A stretch of 63,006 bases of DNA, counting the filler, from Rhabdomonas costata (lineage: Eukaryota): assembly GCA_019059605.1 (NCBI GenBank). It is 32 parts of 32 records of this genome, joined end to end, with 100 filler letters (N's around TTAATTAATTAA, not from the genome) between each part and the next. Parts side by side here need not be neighbours in the genome. Positions count along the whole stretch, not along the records: positions 11,839 to 13,710 come from JAHMHO010007909.1; positions 13,811 to 15,683 come from JAHMHO010007910.1; positions 15,784 to 17,656 come from JAHMHO010007911.1; positions 17,757 to 19,620 come from JAHMHO010007912.1; positions 19,721 to 21,593 come from JAHMHO010007913.1; positions 21,694 to 23,566 come from JAHMHO010007914.1; positions 23,667 to 25,539 come from JAHMHO010007915.1; 25 more parts are not named here. One strand, given 5' to 3'. A program made the position numbers and the translations under genes. The notes under the pieces are model-generated. The model was given only the letters and a program-made list of their open reading frames with translations. It was not told the origin of the DNA and did no database searches. Positions 12,501 through 25,134 of this stretch are shown here, piece after piece; position 1 is the stretch's first letter; every line of letters begins with the position of its first letter.

Positions 12501-14200
12501 TGCGAGAAAATAACGGGAAAAATGAGAACGCTCAGGAACAGTGGCGGCATCACGTTCACCGCTTGCTTATTCGACCGATGCCAAGATCGAGTCGCAAAGA
12601 AGCGCACAGTTGGGGAAGAAAATGGAGCGACACATTGTCTGCCTGCAGATCAGAGCAAGCGGGTTCCTATGCGATGGGTTTTCGCACCAAAATAATGTAT
12701 ATAGCTTGTTCAAAACGAACTGTCCATGGCATTCTTGATGATATGGCATGTACATCATCTGTGGTTGCACGGTGACCTCCCGAACTTTCTGTTTATGGGT
12801 GAGGAAATCATCTGAAACTTAAACGGGCAAACTTGGAGCGGAGGAGGAGAACCACTGAGACGAGAAAAAAACCCAGGGGGACCTTATTGCTCGCATTGCG
12901 CAACAAGTTGAAAGTAGAAATCGGGGAATGTAGGGTGGGCTGAGACACCCGGAAGGGATACCGAATCACCACCAACCACCACACGTGCTTCAAATGGGAC
13001 TGAAAGTAGTAGTGATAGTAGTCAACATGCACATACCCATTGAATGACAGGCATGTTTTTTGTACCACTCGCCCTCCCCGCCTCACCCGTTTCCGGGTTT
13101 CCAAACGAATTTACAATATCGCTCAATTACAGCCAAGTAGGTTAGAAACGGCAAAAGGGGGGGGGGGGCTGCTGAAGGTGCGATGGGGTGTTAAAACATT
13201 TCTTAGCTTGCCCCCCTCCCCAACAACAGCAACTGGTTAGATGACAGGTCAACGTTGAGTGGGATGCAAGACGAAGAATCAAGGTTGTCGGACATCCTAT
13301 GTCGGACGTCCTCACAATCGCTGATGGAGGCGGACATGCGAACCCGGGAAGAAACATCTTAGGGGCCAGAGAGAGACCAGCTGAGGCGGGGATGTTGCCT
13401 GGGGTGGGGATACGGGCCTTACGTGACCACACAAGACAAAAAATATAAGTTTACGTTTGAAAAGGTACTGGGGTGGCGAACCCCTCGCCACTGGTTTCAC
13501 TGTTTATAACGAATTCATACGGCTAGAAAAACGTTACACTGTGACTCCGAAAAAAAACATCGGAAAACCGCCCAACCGCCCACACTCATTGTGGGACTCT
13601 GGTAAGCAGGGAAGAACATACAATAAATCCAGTGTCCAGAACAACCCACAGCGCAACCCTTCCTTTCCACACCTCGCCAGTTAGCACAGGCAAAGGGTTC
13701 AACACAACAANNNNNNNNNNNNNNNNNNNNNNNNNNNNNNNNNNNNNNNNNNNNTTAATTAATTAANNNNNNNNNNNNNNNNNNNNNNNNNNNNNNNNNN
13801 NNNNNNNNNNGTGTTGGGGGGCTAAATTACCTGTGCCAGTGTTCCCTATACGAGTATACCTGGTTGGTATATTAAATCAGGTGATAGCTCAGGAGCCATC
13901 AATCGCTGGGATACGGGTGTGTAGGACAGCATTAATTTAGGGGCGAATGCCAACGACGCGGCGGGCCGCGGAGGCCAGTCCCCGTCGTGACCGGAGCGGG
14001 CAGCAGGCGGTTGGGAGAACAAAGAAGGACACCATTGAACTGCATAACCAACGCACCCCCCAAAACACCTAAATAGTATGGAAAAAATGTCTTGCTGCAC
14101 TCGGCGAACTATCAACCACGAAAACAACCACGAAAAGCAGTGAAACTGGAAAGGGAGCTAGAGAGGAAGGAAGGAAAGACGGGTGAGGTGGGCTGGTTGC

Positions 14201-15629
14201 CTTCTTTTCGACGCTGTGCTTGAGGAGCTGCCCCAGACTGTCGTAGAAGCAGCACAAAACCTGGAACAGCACCACCTCATTCTCTTCGGCACCTCCGATG
14301 ACGTAGTAGTACACCTCCTCGTCGAACCGGTACAACACGGTGTGGTTCTCCATTAGGAGAATGTCCCCGGCCTCCCCGCTGCCGCTGGGGCTTGGCTCCT
14401 GCGATAAACGGGAGAGAAGCCGCGAGGAGTTAGTAAGCTACTTAAGCTGAGGAGTGAGGTGCTTAGCTGACCCTGCGTCCCTCTTTGCTGGTCTTTTTAG
14501 AGTGGTGGTTACTCTCGAGTTTCCGCTCACACGCACGCGCAAGTGAAAACATGGGAGCAAAAGGAGACGTCGTCAGTCACAACAAAACCTGCACATGACA
14601 ACAGCAAAGTGTCATGAACAGTTTGGTCTCCGGCCCCTGTCCACGCACATCCACCTCGCATGAGGTGTTTTCGAATGGAATCACTTCACGAGCTCGATTA
14701 GGCACTTTGAACTGAGAAGGCCTGAACAGTTTTCTGCTTTCGGCCGAACTGCTTCCATGCGAGTGGATCCTAACATCAAACGCTCTGGTTTCAGTTGCGA
14801 AAGAGGATTCTTGCGGGCCATTTTTACCCTGGCTGGCTGGCCAGGCCAGGCCAAAAAGCGGACCTCATGTCCCTTGGGTGAATTTTTTTTTGGGGCAGGA
14901 GCGGCGTGAACTTCTGGCAAGTGGAAAGAAGAGCCACAGTTCTCTTCTTGTCCAATAACCAACCAAGAAAGCACGCAGCCCATTGGAAGTGTGAGGCAAC
15001 ACAAGTGCGGGAGGGATGGATGACCTTCTCGGCGCTGCGAGTTAAGGAGATGAGGGTCTTGAGGTCGCTGCTCTTCTCGGGCTGCTCCGCTTTGTCACCC
15101 CCCGCAGGAGAGCTCCGCTGGTAAAAGGAGACAATAAACTTCCAAAGAAAACCCCAAAACCACCTTCACCCGCATGGAGGCCGGGAGTTCCCCCCCTCCT
15201 AGGCCTCAGGACGAACGATTTTTAAAAACTCAAAAACAGACCGTCTTGATCCACCACGTGTGGTTGCCCTCGCAAAAGAGCAGAGGGTTTCTTCCTCACT
15301 GTGATGCTACTACCCACAAAGCCAGATCAAGCCAAGCAGCGGGGTGTGCTGCGAGGTGAACTGATGAAGTTAATGGCGTGGGACTCCGAGGTCCACGTGT
15401 TGGTCCACAGGTCCACACGTTCATCGGTTCACGGCAGGGCAGAGGGGAGGGGGGAGGGGGCTTCAAGCGAAGCGACTTTTGCCGAGGTCTTGCTGAACAA
15501 GGTCTTCTCAAAGGCGGCCTGCTTGGAACGGTTGTCCAGGGGCCCCGCACCCCAGTACTTCGCAAACAGCCGCTTGCCGTCTGCATCCAGCATGACAATC
15601 CCATCCACACGGTGCAGGTAATCCGCCAT
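14201..15629 (-). CDS. COPZ: Coatomer subunit zeta (longin domain), 5' exons
   Basis: Exons 15629-15477 (MADYLHRVDGIVMLDADGKRLFAKY...QAAFEKTLFSKT), 15117-15025 and 14398-14201 (DILLMENHTVLYRF...VIGGAEENEVVLFQVLCCFYDSLGQLLKHSVEKK). Confidence 0.92.
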
Positions 15630-16475
15630 GCGCGTTCGAGCTGCTCACCACGGTCTCTCTCTCTCTCTCTCTTCCCCCCCACCNNNNNNNNNNNNNNNNN
15701 NNNNNNNNNNNNNNNNNNNNNNNNNNNTTAATTAATTAANNNNNNNNNNNNNNNNNNNNNNNNNNNNNNNNNNNNNNNNNNNNGGGGATGGCGAAGGTGA
15801 ACGCCGACCTTGCGCAAGGTGTAGCATCCGAGGGACGAATGGGAATTTTTCCGTTTCGGGCCTTTGGCGGACGAGTGGGAGTTTCGTTGGCAGATGCTTT
15901 CTTTATCCTGCTCAGCATTTCGAGCTGAACGGTCGTTTTCTGGCGGTGTTATTTTTGGGGCAATGCCACTGGGTTGCAGCTGAAATATGCCAACTACTCT
16001 AAAGGGTAGCAAATGAGGATACCTTTTGCTTTTCTTGGCCCAGTAGATCAAAATGAGCAAAATTCCCGGTTTGTGCTGCAGCTGCACGGGCTTCCTGTGC
16101 TTTTGTGGTGGTGGTGGTGGTTCGTTAAGCGCTAGCACCGCTAAACGTTTAGCAGCGCTAAAGGGAGCATGGAACGTCAAAACCCATTCGCCTGCTCCGT
16201 CGCAGCGGACTGGCCTTTGCACCTATAGTAAATTTGTCCCATTTGTCTGTCAAAACCCAGCAACTACAATTCCAAAAAAAAAACGCAAAAGCAAATATGT
16301 TAAGCACCGCTAAAGTTTTAACCCTCCCTCCTCCCAAAGTAGGTTTGTCCCCGTTTCCACTGCTTGACAATGTCTCTGTTCTCATGAAAGATGTTGCTTA
16401 GTCGCCCTTGGTTTATATGCCTCAAACTCCGTTGTTTTCTTTCTCTTTCACGCCTACCTTTTTCTACCCCAACAG

Positions 16476-16684
16476 GAGTCAACCTGGAGCAGACCTTGGC
16501 CGAGCTCAAGGTTGTTCTGCAGGCCTCTGAGAAGCGCAGAGCTGTGGCGGAAGGCCAGGTGCCGGCGGCTCTGCTCCCCCTTGTGAAGCAAATGGGGCGC
16601 CCGCTGACGGCGGAGGAGATGGTGCTGTTCACGGGTTACTCTGTGGCCACGCTGCAGTACCAGATTTCATGCCGAGTAATGGAG
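16476..16684 (+). CDS. Internal exon of an unknown protein
   Basis: Pyrimidine tract-CAG acceptor, GTGCGC donor, GC3-rich VNLEQTLAELKVVLQASEKRR...CRVME. Confidence 0.55.
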
Positions 16685-17553
16685 GTGCGCAGGAGTTCTG
16701 TCCTCATGTCCACACCCGTAGGTTGAGGTTTTTCGGCGGTATTGCGTGGTTGGGGCTTTTGCACCTCACTGTTCATCGAAAGTAACCAATTGGAGAACGT
16801 AAAACTTTGGTGAGCCATTTACTTTCCCACCCCCCGCCACCACCGCCAAAAGCACGTTGGATCCCTAATCAGATGGCGCAGAGGTTTTCTTTTGGGGGTA
16901 GCAGAAGGGTCGAGCTCAGAACGGCGATGGAATTTGTTCTGAACACCTTTAAGTGTTACGGGTGGTAGTGATTAAACGGTTTGAAGTCGTCAAACCGTCA
17001 AACTGTTGGATGCAATGGAAGGGTGGTATTTCTGATGGATTTTTTTCCGTACACGGATCTCTTTGCCGAGGTTTCGCGGACAAGTGGGACAAATTTATGA
17101 TAGGGGCGGAGACCAGGGCGGTGCAGGCCAGTCCATGGCGCTGCCGGAGTTGGTGGGTGAGGCGGGGAGTATGGACTTGGGGTTGTGGGTGCATGAAACC
17201 CGACCTAGACGTGGGTTCTCGTGTGGCTGAGCTCCCCGGCCATATTCCGCATAAATTGTCATTGTCGAACCAATAGCCCTCCTCCCCGCAGAAAGAGCCT
17301 TTAACCCCTCGTCAGGTGGCACTCAGGTTTTTCTTTTTGAGTGCGGCGGGACTGGGACTGGGAGAAGGAACCGCAAAAGAAATGTTTTGGATTCTTCCTC
17401 AAGTTTCGCGCAGGTTTCTCTTTTCGGGGATTGAGCTTGAAGGGATCGGCCATTGATTGGAGTGGTTTTGAACATCTTTGGGTTTTAAGAAGATTCTTTG
17501 TCGGATAGCCTTCGGAATGGGCGGACGAGGCGGGGAGACTGCCTGGGCATCGC

Positions 17554-17649
17554 GGGCAATTACGCGCGTGGCGATTACTATACACAGCGTTGACCTGATG
17601 CTGATCCGGTCAACGCCGTGTATAGTAATCGCCACGCGCGTAATTACCC
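17554..17649. repeat. Long hairpin: 42-bp arms, 2 mismatches, 12-nt loop
   Basis: GGGCAATTACGCGCGTGGCGATTACTATACACAGCGTTGACC pairs with GGTCAACGCCGTGTATAGTAATCGCCACGCGCGTAATTACCC. Confidence 0.95.
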
Positions 17650-17756
17650 AAACGCCNNNNNNNNNNNNNNNNNNNNNNNNNNNNNNNNNNNNNNNNNNNN
17701 TTAATTAATTAANNNNNNNNNNNNNNNNNNNNNNNNNNNNNNNNNNNNNNNNNNNN

Positions 17757-19600
17757 TGATGCCACAAAAAATCAGTACTAGAACACCATGTGGTACGCCA
17801 CGTTTGATCATCTATGCCCCACACACAACACATATGGCACATATGGGAAACGGTCAGTGGAAACGCAGTCTGTAGAAATTTACGCAAATAACCATCACCA
17901 TCCACGGATGCCACGACTTGGCCTACAAGACGGCTGGAGGAACGGTCGGGCATATGGGACTTGCACACTCCCATGTGTTTGATCACCACCGCCACCGAGA
18001 TTTCATGGCTGGCCACGGAGGCCAGGCCTGTGAAACTTCGGCCAGCAAACCAACCACGGGACAAGCACTGGTTCCAATCCACGCTGACGGAAGGGAATAT
18101 GATCGCCACATTACACACCAAACAACCACCAACCACCTGAAACACTTCGAAATGGCACCATTCGGCAAAGCTAGTTGGGCAACGGACGGACACAACAGTC
18201 AGCTCGCAAAAAAACAAGGCGTATACCACGAGATCGGCCCATGGGCACATGGGAACCCATGACCAGTTAGGAGCAAATAATCCGGGTACCAAAAGCCGCG
18301 CCTATGGCACAACAGAAAGCTAGGCTTCATTGTAACACCTTTTTCGCACTTTTTGAGCGCCAAAAACCATCTCTGTCTGCGCAACAGAGTCGAGATAAGT
18401 CAAATGCCGTGGCACTGGATGCAATTCAGGCCCCCTCCGCTACTCATCACCCCACCATTACGCAGACAGTCGGAACCACGAAGATGAGACCACAGACTCA
18501 GGCTGCATGTTTAAAGCTAGCAGCGCAGACTGGTGAGCATACGATGCGACAATTCAAGCAACTTCCGACAATCTCTGGCAGGATCTGCAGTTACCACAAT
18601 ACAGAGAATCCGGGAAGCATACAGTCCACCTTATCAGGTTAGCTGTAATCCAAGCATCTTGAAGATACCGAAATCGATCGACATTTATCCATATCACACA
18701 GCAGCAAGCGTTGAAGCAGCAGCGAGAAATTCTGTGACATCGATTTGGAGCGATCCGGAGAAATGTGATAACCACCACTGTGTCAAACCATCCACAAAAC
18801 CACTACGTCCTTGAACATCCTTGAATTCGCCGCAGACCGAGTCCCCGTCGGGGGCGCCGGCGCCACAGGCTCATCTACAACACATTTGTAACACAACCCA
18901 CCACCTCAAAATCTAAGATCAGTTGGAAAACTAAGGAGTTTGAAGCTGATGTTCCACTCACGAAGTTGATGATCGCTCAGATTGAAACAACGCAAACCAA
19001 AGAACCAATTCACGTGTAGCATGAGCATGTAGCATGACTTCTGTACTTTCCGGTTTAAATGTTCGTGAAAAACGTCAACGATCTGCTGGAATCCGTGTGC
19101 AGCTACACTTTTCTCGTCAAATCAGTTGACGCTCGATGCTCCACTGATACAGATGTTTGTGGTGGGAACAAGTGAATAAATCGACGTCACACCAGATGAG
19201 CACACCGAGATAGTCAAGAGTCTGGAATTTCGGCAGACTGCAGGTGCGGAAAAGACACTGATTTGGATGAGCCACACCTCTCGTCTGTCGCCACCGCACC
19301 TGTAACAGAGGAGATCACTCGACTGGTTGATGAGTTCAGAGATGTATTCCAAGACAATCTTCCAGCCGGACTGCAACCGTCAGGTCTGCAGACTACAGAA
19401 TTGACATTGAACCAAGTGCGAAGCCTCCGTCAAATCAGTTGTACCAGATGTCTCACATTGATGAGACAGATGTCCGGAAGCAACTCGAAAAGCTGATAGA
19501 AGCCGGTAAATCCGACCTCCTATGATTCAATTCGGAGCTAGCGTTCTGCTCCGGGACAAGAATGACAAGTCCCGTGTGAATAGTCATTAGGAAAGTACCC
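17757..19600 (+). mobile_element. Degenerate Ty3/Gypsy retrotransposon, copy B of the same family as 9865-11738
   Basis: Matches the reverse complement of contig 6 (e.g. GGAGTTTGAAGCTGATGT.CCACTCAC..AGTTGATGATCGC; TVGT...TQAA...QTGE; EITRLVDEFRDVF; CTGATAGAAGCCGGT); carries an internal deletion near 19120. Confidence 0.85.
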
Positions 19601-19878
19601 GCTGTCCACCACCCCCCCCCNNNNNNNNNNNNNNNNNNNNNNNNNNNNNNNNNNNNNNNNNNNNTTAATTAATTAANNNNNNNNNNNNNNNNNNNNNNNN
19701 NNNNNNNNNNNNNNNNNNNNTGTTTGTTGTTCGCTCAAGCTACTGATGGCTAACCTTTCAATGAATGAATGATTCAGCACTTGGTGATCGGTAAGAGTAC
19801 TCACTGCCGTGAATTGTGACCGTCAACGATAGTAGCGGGCAATGAAGGCAGGAGGAGCTGTGGTGGTGGGATTTTCAG

Positions 19879-21498
19879 GTGTCAGACCGTGGCAGCCTCC
19901 CAGCGGCAAGCTCTTCTGTGCTAGCCAGCAGTGAGTCTGCCCCTGCTGCTGCTCCAGTGGACCTGACCTTCCAATACCACCAAGGCGCGGAACCTTCCAT
20001 TGCGGAAACCTCCTCGGGCCGAAGGCGGAAGAAGGCCTCCCACCAGGTTGCCAAGAACTCGCAGCCTCTTCTCAGACATCTCTGGGCCCCTTTCTTTTCT
20101 GGGGAAGACCAGAAGAGAGCGTTTTGCTGCTGCCAGTGTTCGCAATACTCTCTGTGCAGGATGTGTGGGCACGGGTTCTTCCATTCAGCTGCGCCATTCA
20201 TTTCTTGAACTGTGCATTCCGAGTCGGGCGCAAAACTGATGTCAGCCAGCCCGAACACTTCTGAGAACACTTGTGTGTGCTCTTCCTCCCCCAACTCAGG
20301 AGCTTCTGCTGTCCAATGAGAACGCCAGGGAATTCCGTTTTTCCGGGCAGAAGGTCTGGGTGAAGGTGCCCAACTGCCCGTGGTGGCCTGCACAGGTATG
20401 CTTTCTTCCTTTGCCCAAGAAAAACAGCGCAACACCTTCCCGAATGCAAAAGAAAAGTCCCGTCAGCCTTGCATACCTTCCGATATCCTTCCGACACGCT
20501 TCCCATCACCACCGAACATCATCATATTCATCATCTGGTGGATAAAAGACTTAGGGTGTGTCCTCACCATGATGTGTCATCCCTAACTCACTCCTCCCAC
20601 GCCTTATCCTTATCTCCTGTCACCACCCCTCTCCGCTGTTAGCCTCCCTTCCTCCTTCACTTTGCTCTTGAAGGTCACGTCTTCTCGAGGTCCCTATATA
20701 TAATCTTTCTCCTCGCCTCCCGCATAACCATTGTCCTAGCCTCGCTTCCACCTCCCGACTTGGTTCTTTTTGATCGCCCCCTTTCCGGTCACAAAAAAAA
20801 ACCTTGACACACCTGGGATGGCACAGATTATTGAGGAACGGGAGCTGGCCGTTGTCCCCCTGGAGGTCAGAACGGAGTTTGCGGCCAGCGGATGCGACAC
20901 CCTCGTGAGGTTCTACCACAGCCACGAGTGGTGTGCACGGGTGAGTGGGTGATTCCTTGAAGGGGAGGGGATTGTCACTGGGCACCATGTCTGTGTCCAC
21001 CTTGAATTTTGCTTCAACTACCTTTTACCAGCAAGCCAGGTTCTGTGCAGGGCCGGGCTGATGAGCTGCTATAGCTGGCAAATTGGATTATTGCTACCCG
21101 TTGACTTGCACGCACCCAATGTCCGAGCTCCTGTGTGGGGGTGGGGGGTGAAATTATTTTAAAACGGGTCCCTCGCATTCACAAATCCTTCACGAACCTG
21201 CTTTTTGCACTAAACTCGATGGTCACTTGATTTCTTTCTTTTCGAGCTTCGAACATGCGCCAAATGTCATATGAGTTGTTTATACCACGGAAAGCTTATG
21301 TTTTGAGTTTTGGGTGGATGGCGGGCGCAGCGTTTTTTTCTTTACAACGAGGGTTTCGGTTTTTTCCGCACATGCGGGTTGTATCGACTCTGTTTAAGGT
21401 ATTACTGCAGCTCAGAGGACCTGAACGTCATCCTGCCCTGGGACTGGAGGGTTCCCATGAACATGGGCATGGCCTCTCTTGCCGCGGCCATCACTGAG
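19879..21498 (+). CDS. PWWP-domain chromatin protein, partial
   Basis: Exons 19879-20046, 20300-20395 (GQKVWVKVPNCPWWPAQ), 20827-20929 (TLVRFYHSHEW) and 21399-21498 (YYCSSEDLNVILPW), all GT-AG and in frame. Confidence 0.88.
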
Positions 21499-21693
21499 GT
21501 TCGCTCAGAAATGGCTATATCCTTATCATCATTGATCATTGTTTTCATTAGTGCTTTTGGCGTTGATTCACCTTCACAAAATGGTGGCACAGTNNNNNNN
21601 NNNNNNNNNNNNNNNNNNNNNNNNNNNNNNNNNNNNNTTAATTAATTAANNNNNNNNNNNNNNNNNNNNNNNNNNNNNNNNNNNNNNNNNNNN

Positions 21694-22290
21694 CCAGCGT
21701 GAACTCTTACGAGCATATTCCAGACTGCTGCAGTGGGATGCCGAAGGTAGGGTAAGTGGAGGTTTTGTGCGGGTGACACCACAGGGATTAGGTGGTGAAG
21801 TCCAAGTCGGCGCAGCGAAGCAGGTCGAGCTGGCCGGCGCGGAGCATGAGGTCGAATGACATGTTACCTGCAGCCTCGAAGTCGCTGTCGACCGTGCTGA
21901 GGATGAAGAGGTCTGAGGGGTGAAACCAGAGCTGGCGCTCGTGTTGAGTAGTAACGGCTTGCAAACCTTTGGCAATGGTTTGGGGTAAGCGGAGGTCAAC
22001 GAAGGGAATGAGGCGAAGCTTGCTGGCCCAGCCGAGGGCGGCAACGTTGGTCGACAAGCGTCCGGGGAACACCTGGGTGGAGTATGCTGCGAGAGCTGAT
22101 TCAAGCAATTGCTGGAAGGACGATGTGACAGGGGTATATATTGTGAAGGCGTGCGAAGGGAACTTGAGTATCCCGTGATTGTTGAGGGGCATTGCAAGGC
22201 AAGTCGGAGTGAGGGCTCCGACGATGTAAGCAGGCCGGAGGCGGCCTGCTTGAGTCAGGTGCTGGCGACTCCTTCCGGAGCCTGCCAGTT
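21694..22290 (-). mobile_element. Tyrosine-recombinase remnant (DIRS/Ngaro/VIPER/TATE- or Crypton-like)
   Basis: Intronless IAKGLQAV...SFDLMLRAGQLDLLRCADLDF..*SLWCHPHKT resembles YR box I (LR.GE..LR..DLDF) plus the catalytic-Lys KT; contains an in-frame stop. Confidence 0.55.
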
Positions 22291-22299
22291 GTACGGCTG

Positions 22300-23566
22300 A
22301 TGCTGTGACTTACCCACTTGCTGAAAACGCTCTAACCCACCTATGTGGAAACCATTTGACTGCACTCCTTCCAACTGTCTTCCCACCACGTAAGAAAAGA
22401 GCGTAGCCCAGATGGGCTTTGAACTCAAACGTCCTGATGAATCAAGGTACAACCTTCCATTCCAATGCTGGCTTCGCACCGTCAGCTCCATCAGAGTCAA
22501 GTACCACGGTGCATCTGACCAAATGCCTCTGTATCCCACTAATCTACTGTAAAACAACTCGGTAGTTGATGATGCCTCTCTGCAGCAAACAGGTAAATGC
22601 AAGGTGTCACCATCAAATCGTAACACATCGCTATAAAACTCGTCGGCTTTAACATCACTTCTTCATACGCACCAAACTCTGGACAAGTGGAACGTGCCAC
22701 AATTGGACGTAACATTACCTCTCCGTAGGCATCATAAGGTGAATCTTTCTCATCTGTTACTCTCTAAAACGCTCCGCAATACTGTATCCTTTAGCGCTTG
22801 ATTCGGGCAAATTTTCCACCATCTGTTGTTCCACGTACGGCTCTGACAGATTCTCTGTAAACTGTTCTTCCGTCCATCCACTCTCTGAGCCATATTTACT
22901 TACCTCCTCCAGATCTCGATCTTGTATAGTATGGTACTGCTCTGGTTTGGCTGCCACAACCTCGTCCACTTCTGGAAGCTCTGAGTTTGTGAACTCTTCG
23001 TCCTCCGCTTCCATGTTATACTCTGATCTATCGGGAACCTCTAAACTCTCTGGAACCACCTCACCTTCCTCTGCGTAAGGACTCCACACTGGGTCTAACC
23101 ATCAAACTTCTTCATATTTGTCATCATCTTCTCCGTAATCCGGAGTCCGCAATGAAGTTTGTCCTCAAATTGGCTCGGATACTGACCTCTCTGAACTTCC
23201 CTCTGGAGCGAAACTCAGATCTGTGGATGGGGCTGGATCATCACCTCCGTCCTCATCTGAAACGCTGTCCCTTGGATGTCCCTTCAATGCCGTCAGCCTC
23301 ATCCACATGGAACATTCCCACGTGGTCGAGCACTCTCGTCTCGTACTGGATGAGGTAGCTCGAGTGAAATACTGTATAAGCTCTCCACCGCACCTCCGGT
23401 GGAATGTCCATCACAAATGTCGTCTTCGTAATCTTCTTAATGATGGTAAACGGTCACACCGACTTCGTCATCAACTTCCCCGGGGGGTCTCCAAACCTTC
23501 CCTGGTAATGCTTTCGCTTACTAATCGAAACATCGTGACCCCACACAACCAAACAAACCCAACTCA
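22300..23566 (-). mobile_element. Ty3/Gypsy remnant: integrase C-terminal GPY/F-SH3 region plus acidic 3' tail
   Basis: KLMTKSV*PFTIIKKITKTTFVMDIPPEVRWRAYTVFHSSYLIQYE matches the KL..K..GPF.I....TY.LDLP.....VFH.S.L motif; followed by a Glu-rich degenerate ORF. Confidence 0.75.
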
Positions 23567-24758
23567 NNNNNNNNNNNNNNNNNNNNNNNNNNNNNNNNNN
23601 NNNNNNNNNNTTAATTAATTAANNNNNNNNNNNNNNNNNNNNNNNNNNNNNNNNNNNNNNNNNNNNTGTGTTGGGTGAGTTTGATTTTGTTGGGGCAGAG
23701 GTCAGCGCTGTGCTAGTCTGAAGCGGGACGGGCCTTGGACGGGATCTGGGGACTTCCGTGACATAAACCTCAAAAAACGGGCAAGTTTGGGAGGTTGGCG
23801 TGGCGGAGCCCTCAAGACTGATTTCACTCTCGGTGTAACGACGCTGTTTTACCTTGTGACGCCCTTTGATTTGGGTGACTGGTATTTATACCGTTTACCT
23901 CTCCCTCTCAAAGTGCCCCTAACACTCCCAGCGAGCTCGCTCAAGACGGGGTGTGTGGGAAGCCGAGGCTTCAATCGAACACCCAAAACTGCCTTCAGAG
24001 GCGGAAAAGATGTCATGGAGTAAAGCCGCCTCATCTGCTCCTCTTTTCTTCCATTTCGCTCGTTGAACTTCAGAATATCAGGAGTGTTGTGACGAAATCA
24101 GCGAGTACTGGAGAAGGCACAGGTTGGTCTACGCTGCTCACCTCGCGTACGCCTCGGCGGTGCCGAACTCCACTACTAAGCTGATGACCTACAGCAATGT
24201 GTGTTCATTGTGTTTGTAACACCGTTGTGGTGCCTGCGGTGGTTGGGTTGGTTATCGCTTTAACGGCGGCAATGGGTATGTATATCGCAGACTAACTTCG
24301 ATCAAAGTTGAAAGCCCGAACCTTAATACAAATTCAGCTTCAAGAAAAAGCGCACTAAGACAACTTCCCACCGAACCCAACAAGGCCCGCTGGTGTGACA
24401 GTTACCAGCCACTGTTGATCAGTCCCGTAACTACGCGGCTGGGGGTGGGCGCTGTCCCGCGACTTTATATTGTGGTGGTTGCGGTTCCAGCCTTTCATTT
24501 TCTCCAGCAAAGGGCTCAAACCGCAAAAAAGAAACATCGTCAGTGAAACAACAAACCTGCACATGAAGTAGTGTAGATGCACGGGCTGTCTGTCGAAGAC
24601 GCTGTCATACACGCGCAAAAACAAATCTAATAGATATATGTGTCTACACCCATATATATTGAGTGGTTTGGATTCGAAGGCTCGCTCGCATCGAATGACA
24701 CCACCCTGCAAAGTTTGGGAAGGGCAGTGGGCTCTGACTCTGGGGTGGCCCTTTCCAG

Positions 24759-25134
24759 ACCCCTCTGCTGCAGTCGGTGCTGCAGTACCAGATCACGCAG
24801 CTCCAAGCAGCCTGCGTGTCGGCGTACAACACGCGCTGGGGATCGCGGTACTGCACCACCACTCTCCAGGTTCCCCTCTTTTTTCGACTCTTATGTTTTT
24901 TCACTTCTCTCTCACTCCTCACGTTTTCTCGAACTGCAATCTTAGGAAGTGCGTGTAATGGGTCTCGTCCTGAAGCATACTCGAGTTTTGAGTGTCATCG
25001 AAGAATCTTCCGCTGTAGAGTGGCCTAGAAGTGGCATAGCATTCAAAAACAGCCTCGCGCCGGGTGAGGGTGACATCTCCAACACACTCGTCGCAGGGTT
25101 GCAGAGAGAGGCCATTTACCTGTTCTGCTCTTGA
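24759..25134 (+). CDS. Probable 3' exons of an unknown protein
   Basis: Exon 24759-24869 (TPLLQSVLQYQITQLQAACVSAYNTRWGSRYCTTTLQ) joins by GT-AG to 24946-25134, which ends in TGA. Confidence 0.45.

Noticed and set aside
15365-15431. In-frame peptide TDERVDLWTNTW after a TGA in zeta-COP, suggesting stop readthrough or a recoded TGA
   Set aside because: A GT donor at 15476 joins cleanly in phase 0 to canonical downstream exons; TGG is used for Trp and TGA as a stop elsewhere
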